Assembly (NCBI GenBank): GCA_021810145.1
Contig: JAJZJL010000003.1
Span: forward strand, 7,218 to 71,217
Direction: 5' to 3'
DNA from: Planctomycetota bacterium
Lineage (GTDB): Bacteria; Planctomycetota; Phycisphaerae; WQYP01
DNA length: 64,000 nt
A program made the translations under genes and the position numbers. Below the pieces are notes generated by a model. That model saw only the letters and a list, made by a program, of their open reading frames with translations. It was not told the origin of the DNA and ran no database searches. Of the stretch, positions 19,315 through 28,967 are shown piece after piece (positions within the stretch are counted from its first letter, which is position 1; each line of letters opens with the position of its first letter).

Positions 19315-20751
19315 TTACGGTAACGCGGTTTCGGGCAATACCGGCTCTTTATGCCGCCCGGCGCGGTAGCCAAATAGACCGTAGAATGCGATGTACGCAT
19401 AGGATATAATCGGCACGACAAACGAAAACTGTATACCAGAATGGTCCGCGACCAGGCCTTGCAGCGGCGGCAGAAGCGCTCCACCTAAAACCGCCATCAT
19501 CAAAAGCGATGCCGCCTGACTTTTCAGAGGGCCGAGACCTTCAATAGCCAGCGAAAAAATATTGGACCACATAACCGAATCAAACAGACCGATACCCAGG
19601 ATGGCCCACATTGCCTCAGATCCGGCCGAGAGCATTCCAGTAAGCAGCAGAACGATGATGATGCCGCTGAACAGCGCCAGCATCCGCGGCGCGCTGCCGG
19701 CGCCAAAAATAAAGGCGACGAGCATCACCGCCAGCATCAAGCCATCATGCAGGGCATCGGTTTTTCCGGCAAGGATCCAGACAGCTCCAAATGCCAAGAC
19801 CGGCAGTAACACAATCGCACCGAAGCGAATAGTTTTTCGCATATCACCAAGCGCAAAGGCCCCCATCAAGCGACCGATCATCAAGCCGCCCCAGAAGAAG
19901 GCGAGATATCTTGACGCCGCCACGTGGCTGAGGCCGCCAAGTTTGGGAAGTTTCAGAAAATTAATGATCGAACTTCCCACGCACACTTCGCCTCCGACAT
20001 ACATAAACACTGCAATCATTCCCAGAACCGTATGGGGATACCCAAGCGCTCCGGCACCGCGGGCAATATGTCTGGTTTCAGTGAAGTTTGGCAAATGTGT
20101 GAACACAAAAAATACCGCCAGGGCCAGAAACACGGCACCGAAGCAGAGATATGGAATCTTCACCGATTGAGCACCATGGCTGCCCGGGGCGTTAAACACT
20201 TTAAAAATCAGCCAGCCCGCAATAATCGGCCCAACGGTTGTGCCGAAGGAATTAAAGGCCTGCGCCAAATTCAGCCGGCTCGATGCTGTTCGCTCCGGCC
20301 CCAGAATGGTAATGTAGGGATTGGCGGCAATCTGCAACAACGCAAATCCGATACCGACAACAAACAATGCTGTCAGGAAAAAGGGATACGAAATTAAAAT
20401 AGCCGCCGGAAAAAAGAGAAAACTGCCAACCGCGGCTATCAGCAATCCGATAACAACACCATTCTTGTATCCGATGCGGTTAATCGGATCCCCCCAGATC
20501 GACGAGATGAGATAATACGTGAGCGAACCGGCAAAATAGGCACCGCAAAAAGCCGATTGAACGAGCATTGCGTGGAAATAATCAAGCCGGAATGCGTCTT
20601 TAAAGCGCGGAATGAGAATATCATTCCATACCGACATGAACCCCCAGACAAAAAAGAGGATGGTCATAATCGTAAATGGTCCGCGATACGTGCGAACACC
20701 GGTTTGTTCAATGGTGGGACCGCCCGCGACAAGAGTACCGCCACTTGCCAT
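19315..20751 (-). CDS. MFS sugar:H+ symporter, L-fucose/glucose-galactose permease (FucP/GluP) family
   Basis: 'FFVWGFMSVWNDILIPRFKDAF' is the typical FucP/GluP N-terminal block, and there are about 12 hydrophobic segments. The 728-aa track ORF is an artefactual N-terminal extension overlapping queG. The in-frame ATG at 20751 (MASGG...) is used. Confidence 0.8.
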   Translation of the reverse strand: MASGGTLVAGGPTIEQTGVRTYRGPFTIMTILFFVWGFMSVWNDILIPRFKDAFRLDYFHAMLVQSAFCGAYFAGSLTYYLISSIWGDPINRIGYKNGVVIGLLIAAVGSFLFFPAAILISYPFFLTALFVVGIGFALLQIAANPYITILGPERTASSRLNLAQAFNSFGTTVGPIIAGWLIFKVFNAPGSHGAQSVKIPYLCFGAVFLALAVFFVFTHLPNFTETRHIARGAGALGYPHTVLGMIAVFMYVGGEVCVGSSIINFLKLPKLGGLSHVAASRYLAFFWGGLMIGRLMGAFALGDMRKTIRFGAIVLLPVLAFGAVWILAGKTDALHDGLMLAVMLVAFIFGAGSAPRMLALFSGIIIVLLLTGMLSAGSEAMWAILGIGLFDSVMWSNIFSLAIEGLGPLKSQAASLLMMAVLGGALLPPLQGLVADHSGIQFSFVVPIISYAYIAFYGLFGYRAGRHKEPVLPETALP

Positions 20752-20818
20752 AGTCACTGGCCTTTCATGATAGATTTCAATTGGGTTTTCTCCCGGGTGG
20801 CGTCCGGGATGAAGGGTA

Positions 20819-21973
20819 TTATAACAGAATTGCGGCGTTGCGCTGCCACATATGAAGTTTGGCACGGCGAAAGGCGCGGCCGCGCGTGGCCTGATCCCAG
20901 TCGTGCGGGGTCCACTGAAGCACCGTGCGCGGCGAAATGGTTCCGGAAATGCTCCGTGGCTGAAAATCCGGATGGCTGGCGGGCAGGGGCCGACGATTAA
21001 ACGGACAAACGCTCTGGCATATGTCACAGCCGATAATATAGCCTGCGTTGCGTATCGGGGCGTGAAATTCTGATGCAATATCGGCGCGATTTTCCAGTGT
21101 GAGGTAACTGATGCACTTGCTGGCATCCATGCGGTAAGGAACCAGCGCCTCTGTGGGGCAGGCGTCGATGCATCGCGTGCAGGTGCCACAACGATCTGGA
21201 ACCGGCGCATCCGCGGGCAGCGGGACGGACAAAAACAACTCGCCCAGAAGAAACCATGAACCGTGCCGGGGATGAATGAGCATGGTATTTTTTCCGATCC
21301 ATCCCAAGCCCGCGCGCATGGCCAACTCACGCTCCAGGCACGGCCCGGTGTCAACATAAGCGCGGGCGGTAATATCTCCCGGCACCAAGGCCCTGACCAC
21401 AGTTTCCAGCTTGTGCAGCAGGCCGCTGAAAATGCGATGATAATCGCGTCCGGAGGCATACGAAGCAATTTTTGCTTCAGCAGGGCCGCGCCCGGCTTCA
21501 CCGCTGCCGCGGTCGTTTAAGTTTGTCGCCGGCCGGTTCTGCGGCTGGTGAATGGCGTTGTCGGTTGGATGACTTTCGCCAACCGGTTCGGGCATTCTCA
21601 TTGGATTATGATGATAACTCATGGCCACGCACACGGAACTGACCGCCCATGGCAAATGCGAGCGGATGTCCATTTTCGCGGCCTGCATGCGAGCCAGATA
21701 ATCCATTGTGCCGTGTCTGCCTTGCGCGAAAAACTCGGCAATGTAATCACCATGCGCTGAGGCCTGAACATCCGCAATGCCGACAAGATCAAATCCGATC
21801 CCCCGAGCGGCGTTTTTTATCGCGAGAGTCAGATCATGTGCGGATAATTTCCCGGCGCGTGCCGGACCGAGAGCCGCTGGAACAACGGGCAGAATCTCGC
21901 TGCGGCTATTTTGCGGAGAATCGCGGGTGGATTTGGGCAATACAGTCATGGTCACAAAATCAGGGCGCGTCAA
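20819..21973 (-). CDS. queG: tRNA epoxyqueuosine(34) reductase QueG
   Basis: Ferredoxin motifs 'CGTCTRCIDACPT' and 'CDICQSVCPFN', plus 'SYASGRDYH' and 'CISYLTLE' blocks. The track start is TTG (21973); the first ATG is at 21949. Confidence 0.85.
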   Translation of the reverse strand: MTRPDFVTMTVLPKSTRDSPQNSRSEILPVVPAALGPARAGKLSAHDLTLAIKNAARGIGFDLVGIADVQASAHGDYIAEFFAQGRHGTMDYLARMQAAKMDIRSHLPWAVSSVCVAMSYHHNPMRMPEPVGESHPTDNAIHQPQNRPATNLNDRGSGEAGRGPAEAKIASYASGRDYHRIFSGLLHKLETVVRALVPGDITARAYVDTGPCLERELAMRAGLGWIGKNTMLIHPRHGSWFLLGELFLSVPLPADAPVPDRCGTCTRCIDACPTEALVPYRMDASKCISYLTLENRADIASEFHAPIRNAGYIIGCDICQSVCPFNRRPLPASHPDFQPRSISGTISPRTVLQWTPHDWDQATRGRAFRRAKLHMWQRNAAILL

Positions 21974-22284
21974 CTTTTTTTCGGGGCTTTATCCTCGGAT
22001 CCGGTGGCACTGTCCTCCTTGGGTACAAACGCAAGCAGGTCATCAGGGGCCGGTTCACTGTCCGCCAATGCCGCCCGCACTTCCGGATCTTCATCCATAT
22101 GTTCCAGCGCCTGCTGATTCAGGCGGTCGATTGTGGGCGTGGGGATGTCCTTAATATTGGGATCATGTGTCGTGGTAATCCAATAACGCAAAGCGAACCA
22201 GACCAGCACCAGAACAGCCACGCCGCCGCCGACCAGTCCGGCTGTGAATGTCTGTGACCACACCGCAATTGCATAACCAGCCAT
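21970..22284 (-). CDS. hypothetical membrane protein with acidic C-terminal tail
   Basis: Two hydrophobic segments followed by an Asp/Glu/Pro-rich tail. Its stop overlaps the queG TTG start. ATG at 22284 (the track start 22290 is GTG). Confidence 0.35.
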   Translation of the reverse strand: MAGYAIAVWSQTFTAGLVGGGVAVLVLVWFALRYWITTTHDPNIKDIPTPTIDRLNQQALEHMDEDPEVRAALADSEPAPDDLLAFVPKEDSATGSEDKAPKKS

Positions 22285-22365
22285 TACCACATCTCCCGAT
22301 CAAACCACGAATTGGCACCCGCGGCGCGCGCCGCCGGTGCATTAATCGATGAGATTATAACATAA

Positions 22366-24369
22366 TCAGAGAACCTTTTCCCATTCAATGCGTTCCAGGG
22401 CGGGATCGCGGTGCCGTTCAAATTGCTGGGTGAACATCATGTGGTACATGCCATGGCCCTCCAGCAGTTGCTCATGCGTACCGAGTTCAACAATTTTGCC
22501 TTCCACGAGCACCGCAATGCAATCCGCGTGCATGATGGTACTGAGGCGATGGGCAATGACAATGGTTGTGCGGTTACGCATGAGTTCATCAAGCGACTGC
22601 TGAATCAGCTTTTCCGCCTGCGTATCAAGTGAACTCGTGGCCTCATCAAGAATCAGAATCCGTGGATCGGCCAGAATAGCCCGGGCAATACTGATGCGCT
22701 GTTTCTGTCCACCGGAAAGCTTATTGCCGCGCTCCCCCACCGGCGTTTGATAACCTTTTTCCATGGCCATGATAAAGTCATGGGCGTTGGCTTTTCTGGC
22801 GGCATCGATAATTTCCGGCTCAGTGGCATTACGCCGTCCGAATGCGATATTTTCCATAATGGTTCCGTCGAAGAGATAAACATCCTGGAGCACCATCGCG
22901 AATTGCCGCCGGTAATCCGCGAGGCGGATATCGCGGATATCAATGCCGTCAAGCATAATGGCACCGGAGCGGACATCGTAAAAGCGGGCAATGAGATTCA
23001 CCAGCGTGGTTTTACCACTGCCGGATGGACCAACAACCGCCAGCGTGGATCCCGCCGGAATATCCAGATTCATACAGTCAATGACCGTTTGATCCGGTTT
23101 ATAGCCAAAGGATATATCCCGCAATTGCAGGTGCCGCAGCGGACTGATCGCAGGAATGGCATTTTCCCGATCCGGCATATCCGGGGTTTGATTGAGCACA
23201 TCACAGACTCGATCCAGTGAACCGAGATTCTGCTGAAGATTCTGCAGCGAGTCAATCATCTGCGTAATGGGCCCCAGCAGCATGAGGCTGTACATTTCAA
23301 ACATCACCAGATCACCGACTTTCAGCTTTCCCTCCAGCACCTGTTCGCCGCCATACCAGATAATGACAATGCCGATCGCGGGGACAAATATCGACCAGCC
23401 CGTGGCCAGCAACCGTCCCAGAATGGACGTAAAATATTGCTTTCGCACCAGGAGATATTGCCGGGCACCAAATTCCTTATGCTCGCTGCGTTCCCGCCGG
23501 AAGCTGCGCACCACCCGAATGCCCGCGAACAGATCACTGACCCGCGACGATAAAACACCGCGATCATCCTGTATGTTCCGCCACAAGGGCCGCAGCCGAC
23601 GGAAAATAAAAATGTGAATCAATACCACCGGTGGAATCAGGGCCGCGGCCACCACAAAAAGTTTCCAGTTTGTCGCGATAAGAATCAGAAGAATGCAGAC
23701 CATGCGAAATATGGCGCCCACCGGATTGACAATTGCATTCTGCACGCCCCCCACCACCTGATCGGTATCGCTCATCACCCGGCTTATAATTCCGCCGGTG
23801 CGATATTCGGCCAACTGGGATAAAGGCAATTGCGCAAGGTGCTCATGGAGGCGCTGCCGCAGGGATGCCGCGAGGCGATAATTTAATTTCTGCGACGCAA
23901 GCACGCGGATCCAGGAAATACTCACGCCGATAATTTCCGCGGCAATCAGCGCCAGTACCAGCGTCAGCAATCCGTGGTAAGGTGAATCCGAAAGCCAGTG
24001 CCGCAAAGCCCCAAGTGGCAGATATTGCACAACCGGCAGCGGTTTACGTGCAAAGACACAGTCAATAGCCAGCTTGGTGACATAGGGTGGAGTCAGGGCC
24101 ACAAATGAACTGACGATCGCAACGGCCATCAATGCCAATACCGAACCATAGTACCCGCGTAACATGATCCGATACTGTCCCAGCAGATGACGCCTGGAAT
24201 ATTTGAATGCGTGTTTTTCACCCGATCCGCCGCCCATGGAATGCCGCCCGCCCTGCGCCGGCGGTGGCTCAGCGCGCGGGGCATCGGGGTCTACAAGCCG
24301 ATCCCCTTTCAGCAACCCCCGTCGGAGTTTATCACGGAATTCCTTAAATCGCGTGCGGCTGGACTTCAT
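22366..24369 (-). CDS. ABC exporter, fused permease/ATP-binding protein (MsbA/type I exporter-like)
   Basis: Six-TM N-terminal half, Walker A 'GPSGSGKTT', signature 'LSGGQKQR' and Walker B 'ILILDEATS'. Confidence 0.85.
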   Translation of the reverse strand: MKSSRTRFKEFRDKLRRGLLKGDRLVDPDAPRAEPPPAQGGRHSMGGGSGEKHAFKYSRRHLLGQYRIMLRGYYGSVLALMAVAIVSSFVALTPPYVTKLAIDCVFARKPLPVVQYLPLGALRHWLSDSPYHGLLTLVLALIAAEIIGVSISWIRVLASQKLNYRLAASLRQRLHEHLAQLPLSQLAEYRTGGIISRVMSDTDQVVGGVQNAIVNPVGAIFRMVCILLILIATNWKLFVVAAALIPPVVLIHIFIFRRLRPLWRNIQDDRGVLSSRVSDLFAGIRVVRSFRRERSEHKEFGARQYLLVRKQYFTSILGRLLATGWSIFVPAIGIVIIWYGGEQVLEGKLKVGDLVMFEMYSLMLLGPITQMIDSLQNLQQNLGSLDRVCDVLNQTPDMPDRENAIPAISPLRHLQLRDISFGYKPDQTVIDCMNLDIPAGSTLAVVGPSGSGKTTLVNLIARFYDVRSGAIMLDGIDIRDIRLADYRRQFAMVLQDVYLFDGTIMENIAFGRRNATEPEIIDAARKANAHDFIMAMEKGYQTPVGERGNKLSGGQKQRISIARAILADPRILILDEATSSLDTQAEKLIQQSLDELMRNRTTIVIAHRLSTIMHADCIAVLVEGKIVELGTHEQLLEGHGMYHMMFTQQFERHRDPALERIEWEKVL

Positions 24370-24501
24370 CTATATTTTCGCCTGACCTAAACCTTCCACT
24401 TGGCATTATAGCCGCCTGTTTACCAAAACAATCAAAGTGAAAAAGCGGACCGGATTCCTGCGGCAAGGCGGCAGGAATCGCTGAGAACCTTTGCTTTGCC
24501 T

Positions 24502-25551
24502 TCACGATTCAAAGAGTGTGTTATCTTCCGGCCCCCGGCGCACCGGCGGGCTGAGTTTCAGATGACCGTAACCGGCGGCCGTCAACTGCCGGCCTTTCGG
24601 CGTGCGACGAATAAATCCAATTTGCAGCAGAAACGGTTCAATCACATCTTCCAGCGTATCGGACTCCTCGCCCATGGTGGCGGCAAGCGCTTCAATTCCC
24701 GCGGGACCGCCCTCATAATCTCTCGCCAGCACCTGCATAAACCGCCGATCCAGCGCATCAAGGCCCTGTTCATCAATGGCTTCAAGTTGCAGAGCCTCGG
24801 TGGCAATTTGTGGCGTAAGCTTGCCCTCGCCGCGGACCAGGGCAAAATCCCGCACGCGCCGCAACAGCCGATTGGCCACACGCGGGGTACCGCGCGCCCG
24901 GCGGGCCACAAGTTCCAGAGCTTCCTTCTGAGCCGGCAAATCCAATACCCCGGCGGAACGTGTGGCGATCTGCAGAAGATCGGGCAGATCGTAATAATTC
25001 AAATGATGCACAATACCAAATCGTGAACGCATAGGCCCGGAAAGCAAACCCGCCCGGGTGGTGGCACCGATAAGCGTAAAGGGCTGAATTTCCATATGCA
25101 GAGAATTCGCGTGTGTGCCGGACCCCATGACCACATCGATACAGAAATCTTCCATGGCGGGATACAGATATTCTTCCACCGCGGCGGGAATACGGTGAAT
25201 TTCATCAATAAACAGCACATCCCCGCGCTGCATATTGGTTAACATGCTCACGAGTTCGGTAGGTCGCGCCAGCGCCGGACCGCTGGTTAACTTGGGAATC
25301 GTACCATTAAGCTCGGACGCAATAATATGCGCCAGGGTGGTTTTGCCCAATCCCGGCGGCCCGTGCAGCAGTACATGTTCCATCGCTTCGCCGCGTTTTC
25401 GGGCCGCGGCAATGCTGATTCTGAGCTTTTCAATTAATTCGCGCTGCCCGATGTAATCATCAAGTTTCTTCGGACGCAGCGTCGGCTGACCCGCCGCGGG
25501 CGGCTGATCTTCCGGAAGGGCCTGGGCCGTAATAATCCGTTCACGCGCCAT
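24502..25551 (-). CDS. ruvB: Holliday junction branch migration helicase RuvB
   Basis: 'LRPKKLDDYIGQ', Walker A 'GPPGLGKTT', 'LFIDEIHR' and the C-terminal winged helix 'PFLLQIGFIRRTPKGR'. Confidence 0.95.
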   Translation of the reverse strand: MARERIITAQALPEDQPPAAGQPTLRPKKLDDYIGQRELIEKLRISIAAARKRGEAMEHVLLHGPPGLGKTTLAHIIASELNGTIPKLTSGPALARPTELVSMLTNMQRGDVLFIDEIHRIPAAVEEYLYPAMEDFCIDVVMGSGTHANSLHMEIQPFTLIGATTRAGLLSGPMRSRFGIVHHLNYYDLPDLLQIATRSAGVLDLPAQKEALELVARRARGTPRVANRLLRRVRDFALVRGEGKLTPQIATEALQLEAIDEQGLDALDRRFMQVLARDYEGGPAGIEALAATMGEESDTLEDVIEPFLLQIGFIRRTPKGRQLTAAGYGHLKLSPPVRRGPEDNTLFES

Positions 25552-26171
25552 TATCCACCTGCCTTAAGCCGATAGGCGGCCTTCATAATACCGGCCGATG
25601 TCGCCAGGGTTGGGTCCGCCCGGCAGGCTCGATCCACCCAATTCTCGGCCTCGGCGGGACGCTCGCCGAGGGAAATCATGGCTTCAATGGCCGCAGTCTG
25701 CTGATCGGTTCGCTTGGCGGGCGCAACGGTTCCACCGCCAGCAAGAGCAAACCGGTCCACTTTGCCCGAAAGCTCGGCGATAATCTGCTCGGCGGTGCGC
25801 TTGCCGATTTCCGGAAGACTTGTAAGAAATCGGGCATCTTTCTGATTAATCGCCGTGGCAATGCGTTCCACGCTTTGCGTCAAAGCGCGCAGCGCCCGGC
25901 GCGGACCGATTCCCTTGACGGTAATGAATTGCTCGAAAAAATCCTTGTCCTGCTGGCGGATAAATCCAATCAGCCGCGGCGCAAGTTGTCCGAAAGAGGC
26001 ATTACCTTCGAGATAATGCAAGGTAACAAAGGTCATTCGCTGACCGATATGCCGCTGCAGATCAACAATATCCACCGCCGGCACCAGAACCTCATAACTG
26101 ATATCGCCTACCGAAACTATCGCCGCAGTCTCACTGACCGAATCGACGCGACCTTGAATTCTGGCAATCAT
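25551..26171 (-). CDS. ruvA: Holliday junction DNA-binding protein RuvA
   Basis: 'MIARIQGRV...' OB domain and HhH block 'FITVKGIGPRRALRAL...LTSLPEIGKRTAEQI'. Its stop overlaps the ruvB ATG (TAATG). ATG at 26171 is preferred over the track start 26231. Confidence 0.9.
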   Translation of the reverse strand: MIARIQGRVDSVSETAAIVSVGDISYEVLVPAVDIVDLQRHIGQRMTFVTLHYLEGNASFGQLAPRLIGFIRQQDKDFFEQFITVKGIGPRRALRALTQSVERIATAINQKDARFLTSLPEIGKRTAEQIIAELSGKVDRFALAGGGTVAPAKRTDQQTAAIEAMISLGERPAEAENWVDRACRADPTLATSAGIMKAAYRLKAGG

Positions 26172-26294
26172 GCGTGGACCAATCCGTTGAAATTTCCATC
26201 TGTGCCAATCCCGGCCGCCGGGATATGACATCGGCAGCAGTATACCCGCAGCAGGAGCGGACCGTAAGCATGGCCGCCGACATGACGGGCGTAA

Positions 26295-28823
26295 TCAGAT
26301 ACGTGCGGCATGGAGAATCGCCTCGCCACGACTTATTCCCCCGGCCGATGCGGCAATGTGTATCTTTCCCGGCTTACGGCCAGCGCGCACCAGGACCATG
26401 CACAGACCGTTAAACGAACTGCGATAATCCGCCTGGTTGGGTTCGTGGCAGGATGGATCACCATTGGCAACACCGGCGAGCGTTGCTGCGCCGGTAACGG
26501 TGAAGTGAATTTTATTGCCGGCGGTCGGCACCAGTCGTCCGGCGGAATCGACCACCGCCACGGCCACCGGCACCACATCCCGGCCGTCGGCGAGCAATCG
26601 CGTGCGATCGGGTGTAAGAACGATGCCTGCCGGCGCTCCGGTTGTGTGAATAATGTGCGACGCGACGACAACATGGCTTTTATAACCCACAGCTTCGATT
26701 ACGCCGGGGTGATAGGGGACGGCCCATTGCAGATGTGAAAACCGCGGCATTCTTCGGCGGCCAAGACTTTTTGAATTCACACGTAATTCAATTTCATCAC
26801 AGTTGCTGTAACACCAGACGGAAATTGGTTTGTTTTCGTGCCCCGGCCAGTTCCAGTGCGGGAAAATATGCACCAGCGGCGCCTGCTTCCAGCACGCTTT
26901 ATAATACATTCCGTTATCTTTCGGAAAGCCGCACATATCCAGAATACCGAAGTGAGAACTGATGCAGGGCCATTTATACGGCACCGGCTCACCACGGAAA
27001 TCAAATCCGGTCCATACAAAACCACCGGCGATGAAGTCCCGCAGTGCCACCGGCCGCCAGCTCGCTTCCGGGTTGCCATGATAAGCGTCAATATATCCTG
27101 CCTGTGGAACACTGGCATATATTCCGCGATCGCTGGTGTTACTGCCCGTTTCACCGGCGAGCATGGGCTGATTGGGGAAGGCCCGATGGAATGCGTCATA
27201 GTTAAACGGATCAAAATCCACCCCTTGGATATCCGCGTATTGCGCAAAGCCCTCCAGATGTGTAAATTCGGCATCCCAACCATCACCGCGCGCGCCACCG
27301 GCACTCATGGAGCATGAAACGGGACGGGTACGGTCGTGCCGCAGTATGGCCGCTTTGATGGTTCGAAAAACTCCGGCTCCGTACGCGGTATCTTGAACGA
27401 TATGTTCATCGTTGCATATGGACCAGATTATCACGCTGGGATGATTGCGGTCCCGCAGGACCATGGTCTCTACATGATGCGTGCTGGTGTACGGATCACC
27501 AACACGGGTTGTTGGATTATACGTATCACCGAGCCGGCGGTTCTCATCCATGACCAGCATACCAAGCTGGTCGCACGCGTCATAAAGGGCATCAGCCATC
27601 ATATTTTTGGTGCAGTGTATGGCGTTACATCCCATTTCTTTAAGCTTGCGCACGCGCCAGAACCAGAGGCTGTCAGCCGCTCCAATGCCCACGCCCGGAA
27701 AATCCTGATGATTGCAGGTCCCCTTGATTTTGACTGGACGGTCATTGAGAAAAAATCCATGATCTGCATCAAACCGCAGCGTGCGAATGCCGAATTTCTG
27801 CAGATGGGAATCGATTGTTTTTCCACGTCGCTGAATGTCCGTTTTCAGGATATACAGCGCCGTATCTTCCAGAGACCACAGCTTTACCTGCTGCAGCGCG
27901 ACGACCTGCGTTATTTTAATATCCTTTCCGGCAGGAACACGCACCGGGTTGGATATCCCTGCAACCGCCTGGCCGTGAGCATCTATCACCGTGGATTTGA
28001 CTATGCAGTCCTGGTCATTGTCGGATGCATTGGTCACGCGGGTTTCAATGGTCAAATCAGCCGACGGGGTGGTTAGAATATCATGCACGTCGCTGATAAT
28101 GTAGACGCCCCATGGCGCGACATGGAGTTGATCTGCCACGTTGAGCCACACATGGCGATAAATGCCGCCGCCCTCATACCACCATCCTTCAAACGCTCTC
28201 GGATCCACATGGATCGCCAGAATGTTATCTCCGCCGTAATTGGCAACACGGGAGATATCCAGACGAAACGGCGTGTAGCCTCCCTGATGCCGGCCAATAA
28301 AGCGGCCATTGAGATAGACATGGGCATCGCGATATATTCCGTCGAAGTCAATCCATATGGACTTGCCCCGATCACCGGCGTTTAAATGAATGCGCCGGCG
28401 ATACCAGGCGGGATACACCGGCAAAAAGCCATGATTGCAATCGGCGCGACGATCGTACTTCCCTTCCACGATGTAGTCATGTGGAAGTTCGACGATACGC
28501 CAGGCCCGATCATCACAGTTAACCGAGGCGGGGCCGGATAATATTGTTTCGCCGGAGTTCGCATGTGCCTGCAACGCAATATCCGCCGGAATAAAGCGCC
28601 AGTTGGAATCAAGCAATTCACGTCGGCGGCCCGTATCCAATCCGGCCGTGACTGCCCCTGCGCGGGCATTGTGTTCAGCGGCTGGCACCAGCATGGCCGC
28701 AGTGGCAGCCATCGTGGTTTTGAGCATGTCGCGCCGCCGGGGAAGACCGGCCGTTATGCCGTCTTGCCGGATTGTGGACATGCGATGTCCCGCGCGCTTT
28801 CGTGTTGGATATCGCAAACGCAT
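26295..28823 (-). CDS. glycoside hydrolase family 2 protein (beta-galactosidase/beta-glucuronidase-like), TAT-exported
   Basis: Twin-arginine leader 'RRRDMLKTTMAATAAMLVPA', a GH2 sugar-binding region and catalytic region 'RNHPSVIIWSICNDE'. An alternative ATG lies at 28781. Confidence 0.8.
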   Translation of the reverse strand: MRLRYPTRKRAGHRMSTIRQDGITAGLPRRRDMLKTTMAATAAMLVPAAEHNARAGAVTAGLDTGRRRELLDSNWRFIPADIALQAHANSGETILSGPASVNCDDRAWRIVELPHDYIVEGKYDRRADCNHGFLPVYPAWYRRRIHLNAGDRGKSIWIDFDGIYRDAHVYLNGRFIGRHQGGYTPFRLDISRVANYGGDNILAIHVDPRAFEGWWYEGGGIYRHVWLNVADQLHVAPWGVYIISDVHDILTTPSADLTIETRVTNASDNDQDCIVKSTVIDAHGQAVAGISNPVRVPAGKDIKITQVVALQQVKLWSLEDTALYILKTDIQRRGKTIDSHLQKFGIRTLRFDADHGFFLNDRPVKIKGTCNHQDFPGVGIGAADSLWFWRVRKLKEMGCNAIHCTKNMMADALYDACDQLGMLVMDENRRLGDTYNPTTRVGDPYTSTHHVETMVLRDRNHPSVIIWSICNDEHIVQDTAYGAGVFRTIKAAILRHDRTRPVSCSMSAGGARGDGWDAEFTHLEGFAQYADIQGVDFDPFNYDAFHRAFPNQPMLAGETGSNTSDRGIYASVPQAGYIDAYHGNPEASWRPVALRDFIAGGFVWTGFDFRGEPVPYKWPCISSHFGILDMCGFPKDNGMYYKACWKQAPLVHIFPHWNWPGHENKPISVWCYSNCDEIELRVNSKSLGRRRMPRFSHLQWAVPYHPGVIEAVGYKSHVVVASHIIHTTGAPAGIVLTPDRTRLLADGRDVVPVAVAVVDSAGRLVPTAGNKIHFTVTGAATLAGVANGDPSCHEPNQADYRSSFNGLCMVLVRAGRKPGKIHIAASAGGISRGEAILHAARI

Positions 28824-28967
28824 TTCATCCGTGCCGATTCAATTCTCCGCCGGGCAAACGAGCAATTCCGTTTCGTCGCCGTCCGGCCCATTTGCGGTAC
28901 AGGCATCCGACACTGCGCGTCATATCACTTAAGATAAGCGCGGCACCGCAACTGAATCGCTCAGGCC

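Noticed and set aside
20752-21501. N-terminal 250-aa extension of the 728-aa ORF containing the FucP/GluP transporter
   Set aside because: The extension overlaps queG in another frame, is Arg/Pro/Ala-rich and has no transporter features. The MFS homology begins just after the ATG at 20751.
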